The notes beneath the pieces are model-generated. The model was not told the DNA's origin. It searched no databases and saw only the letters and a program-made list of their open reading frames with translations. A stretch of 64,000 nt of DNA from Cyclobacteriaceae bacterium (GTDB lineage: Bacteria > Bacteroidota > Bacteroidia > Cytophagales > Cyclobacteriaceae), in assembly GCA_019638355.1 (NCBI GenBank), contig JAHBTY010000003.1:333325-397324 (forward strand), in the 5' to 3' direction. Below, piece by piece: positions 61,134 through 64,000 of the stretch. The number at the start of each line of letters is the position of its first letter. Within the stretch, counting starts at the first letter, position 1. A program made the translations under genes and the position numbers.

Positions 61134-63406
61134 TTTAGTAGTTCGATTAGTTTATTTATTTCCGAACGATTTTGAGCAGATTGAATGTTGCGCACAATTC
61201 CATCCTTTTCGCGTGTGGTTAACCGCCAGCTAAGGGAAGCACGGGTGCTATTTTGGCGGATGCTATCCATTTTTTGTAAAATAGGCACATAGTTTTCGGC
61301 CTGATATTGAATATCGACCCGATGTATGGGCACAGTCATCCAACTATGCGCCTGGCCTATCAGCAAATCGCTGGTAATGTCCTGAAAATTTTCAAAGTTA
61401 TTGTACACGCTGCTAATGGGCTGGGTCATATCATCAATAATGGTTTGGCCTTTTTTTGCTAAAATGGTTCCCATTTTGGGCGAATCGCGAATGGAAAGAA
61501 AAATTACGCCACTGGTATTTTCTGAAACCCATTCACGAAAAGCATATAAAAAACGTACTGCGTCCGATAAGCCAAAGTTATCAGAAATACCGGCATCCAT
61601 AATCTGAATGGGTGGTTCGGTGGGTAAAGTAGTGTTGGGTGTTATGTACGGAAAGGTGGCACTCATCCGTAAAGCAGAAAGAAAACGTAAATCTTCTGCA
61701 TCCTGATTTTTGAAAAACCGATGGAAGTCCACACCACTTAATTTTCGCTGCGAATAGCCCGGCATGTTGTTCAGTTCGGCATTCATAAATGAAACCGGGC
61801 GCGATGCGATGTACATTTTGCGGCCATCATTAACAACGGTAGGAGTTAGTATTATCATGGGTATAATTCCTTCCAGTTCTGGTTGCTGGTAACTTACAAT
61901 GGGCCTGTCCATAAGCCCCTCGGTAATTTGATTGAGTTGATCTTCAAAGGTAAACGCACGGTCGCGTTGGTAGGCCTTGCCGGCATATTCAAACTTGGTA
62001 AAGCCTACAAACAAATCGTTGGCAAGCAAACTGAAAATTAATGGGTTTAAATTATCGCTCGAAATTTTTTGTCGATGGCTGTTGCTATATGGTTGTATAC
62101 GCTCACCTTGTTTTTCACGTAGTTTCAACTCCCGGAAATAACTGGCACCAATTAACCCACCCGATGCACCCGTAATTAATACACTACTTTCCATCAGCTT
62201 ACCGTGGCTCAGGCTATCCATGGTTTGCAATGCATTTAAAGTCCACAACGATGCGCGTTTACCGCCACCACTGGCGCAGAGAAAAATCATTTTGGGTTTT
62301 GTAGTGCCGAATTTTTTACGCCAATTCTCCAGTTGTGTAAGTACCACTTGGCGGTCAGCCTCCATATTTACACTATCCAATTGTTGGGGCAGTGTTTTTA
62401 TGGAGTACTCGGCCGGTTGCACACCATAATCCAGGCCAAAAGCTTCATATTTTTTAGAGAAAAAATCTTCGCCTACCAAATGATTTAAAACCATGAATAG
62501 GATAAGGCCACTTGTGGCCGACCACCCCCCAAACCAATAGGAAAAGGCTCCGGATAGCATAACAAAAATAGTAAGGAAGATCATAAAGCTGCAGGCAGCC
62601 GGAATCTGAAAGGCTGGGTAATCTTTAAAAATCCCTAACAGCAAGACCATGGCAAAGATAAAAAGTTCTATTACCACCAGGTTAAAATGATTTTGATCAA
62701 ATACCTGTAAAATGGTTGCCTTGTCATAAAACGAACTGGGTTCAACGGAGTTAACCTTCAGCTTGCCGTCCAGGTAATAATCTACGCGTACTTGTTTTTT
62801 GCGCACGATGTCTAACTTATGCATGGCACTGGCACGCGTAACTTTTACGTTCTGCTTAATCTTTTCATCAATGCGGCACACTACATATTTAAAAATATCT
62901 TTATTGGTAAACCGGAAGTATAGGGAGAAGATTACCGTCATGGTGATGTAACCGGTAAAGAGGCCGCCCAGGTTTTTAATTAATCCATACTCGCTGCTGT
63001 ATTCGTTGTTAATCTGAAATCCGATAATCTGATATACATAAGTAATCAGGAATACAACAGGTATAATGGAGTTATTGATGGTAAATTTCTTAAACGGGTT
63101 TGGCAGTGTGCCAATAAACGAAAACCGGTGGCCATCAGAAATATACCCGGTTATGTGGAAGGCCATACTAAAACCTGCCGTAAGCAAACCCATCATAAAA
63201 AAACTTGCAAAACCAACTTTGTTCAGGTATTCGGGATCGAGAAAGAGATAAGGAATACCCAGGTATTTGCCAAAGTTGCCGGTTATCATGGCAAACAGAA
63301 TTATCCAGCAAAGTATTAACACATGGTTGCGTCTGAAGTTATTTAAAAGCAACTGTACCGGAAACGAATAATAAAGCTTTGGTAGAAAAAAGTAGAGTTT
63401 GCGCAT
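61130..63406 (-). CDS. Polytopic membrane protein with patatin-like phospholipase domain
   Basis: About 8 N-terminal TM helices; ASGGGKRA, GASGG (Ser), MDAG (Asp). Confidence 0.8.
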   Translation of the reverse strand: MRKLYFFLPKLYYSFPVQLLLNNFRRNHVLILCWIILFAMITGNFGKYLGIPYLFLDPEYLNKVGFASFFMMGLLTAGFSMAFHITGYISDGHRFSFIGTLPNPFKKFTINNSIIPVVFLITYVYQIIGFQINNEYSSEYGLIKNLGGLFTGYITMTVIFSLYFRFTNKDIFKYVVCRIDEKIKQNVKVTRASAMHKLDIVRKKQVRVDYYLDGKLKVNSVEPSSFYDKATILQVFDQNHFNLVVIELFIFAMVLLLGIFKDYPAFQIPAACSFMIFLTIFVMLSGAFSYWFGGWSATSGLILFMVLNHLVGEDFFSKKYEAFGLDYGVQPAEYSIKTLPQQLDSVNMEADRQVVLTQLENWRKKFGTTKPKMIFLCASGGGKRASLWTLNALQTMDSLSHGKLMESSVLITGASGGLIGASYFRELKLREKQGERIQPYSNSHRQKISSDNLNPLIFSLLANDLFVGFTKFEYAGKAYQRDRAFTFEDQLNQITEGLMDRPIVSYQQPELEGIIPMIILTPTVVNDGRKMYIASRPVSFMNAELNNMPGYSQRKLSGVDFHRFFKNQDAEDLRFLSALRMSATFPYITPNTTLPTEPPIQIMDAGISDNFGLSDAVRFLYAFREWVSENTSGVIFLSIRDSPKMGTILAKKGQTIIDDMTQPISSVYNNFENFQDITSDLLIGQAHSWMTVPIHRVDIQYQAENYVPILQKMDSIRQNSTRASLSWRLTTREKDGIVRNIQSAQNRSEINKLIELLN

Positions 63407-63443
63407 GGGTTAATTGTTCAAGATATAAAATTTGCATCATCTT

Positions 63444-63451
63444 CAAAAGTA
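63444..63451 (-). promoter_or_regulatory. Bacteroidota -7 promoter element for the patatin-kinase pair
   Basis: TACTTTTG on the minus strand. Confidence 0.5.
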
Positions 63452-63507
63452 TATGTTCATTCAATCTATTTTGCGTAAATAGTAACCATAAACGCACTAA
63501 CCAATTT

Positions 63508-64000
63508 TTGACTAAACCATTTTCCATATATCGTTCATCGGCCGGATCGGGTAAAACCCGTACCCTGGCCAAACAATTCCTGCTGCTGGCGTTGCGGTTT
63601 CGGGCCGATTACTTTAAACATATTCTGGCGGTTACGTTTACCAACAAATCAACGCAGGAAATGAAGGATCGCATCCTGGCTTACCTGGATGATTTTTCGA
63701 ATGATCGTTCTGAAGACCTGGCGCTTGAAATTCAGAAAGAGTTAGGGTTGGATGCACCAACTTTTAAAGAGCGTGCCCAGGAAATACGCAGCGAAATCCT
63801 GCACAAGTATTCGCAGTTTTCTATCAGCACCATCGATGCATTTTTTCAACGCGTTATTCGTGCGTTTACACGCGAGGCCGGACTTTCGGGTGATTACCGG
63901 CTGGAAGTAGAACATGATGAGGTGGTGGATGAGGTGATCAACAACCTGATGGAGGAGTTGGGCACTAATAGAGAACTTACCGAGTGGGTAGTAGAGTTTG
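63508..64000 (+). CDS. UvrD/AddA-like ATP-dependent helicase-nuclease, 5' part only
   Basis: TTG start; IYRSSAGSGKT, ILAVTFTNKSTQEMKDRI, STIDAFFQRVIR; open to the window end; not in the ORF track. Confidence 0.88.
   Translation, partial: MTKPFSIYRSSAGSGKTRTLAKQFLLLALRFRADYFKHILAVTFTNKSTQEMKDRILAYLDDFSNDRSEDLALEIQKELGLDAPTFKERAQEIRSEILHKYSQFSISTIDAFFQRVIRAFTREAGLSGDYRLEVEHDEVVDEVINNLMEELGTNRELTEWVVEF

Noticed and set aside
1-64000. CRISPR array, prophage, IS/transposase, rRNA, riboswitch
   Set aside because: No repeat-spacer periodicity, phage or transposase genes, rRNA-like tract or recognisable riboswitch seen. Small ncRNAs cannot be excluded without covariance-model searches.

Overview
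A mostly ordinary, gene-dense chromosomal segment of a Bacteroidota bacterium, probably Cytophagales (inferred from TAnnTTTG promoters, a T9SS C-terminal domain, asnS-rpoN synteny and WG-repeat proteins). It holds about 55 CDS, one tRNA-Arg(ACG), several intrinsic terminators and a few pseudogene remnants. Housekeeping genes include nuoABCD, nnr, gntK-gnd, asnS, rpoN, holB, type-B rpmE, gmhA, comM, an SF1 helicase and a partial AddA/UvrD. I found no CRISPR array, prophage, integrase, transposase or rRNA. Three long ORFs marked + in the supplied track are on the minus strand (19086..20327, 30962..32332, 47833..49050). Two edge-truncated genes are missing from the track (<1..2635 minus; 63508..>64000 plus). 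I cannot show that a new system is present. The best candidates are: (1) a signal-peptide-bearing TldD/TldE protease pair with an exported esterase; (2) a T9SS substrate that is almost only a C-terminal domain; (3) a membrane-anchored LuxR / DUF4199 / VOC / DUF1801 cassette with visible palindromic sites; (4) a FitA/VapC toxin-antitoxin module coupled to an envelope operon; (5) an AT-rich orphan membrane/coiled-coil gene behind comM. Family assignments come from motif recognition by eye; no database search was run.
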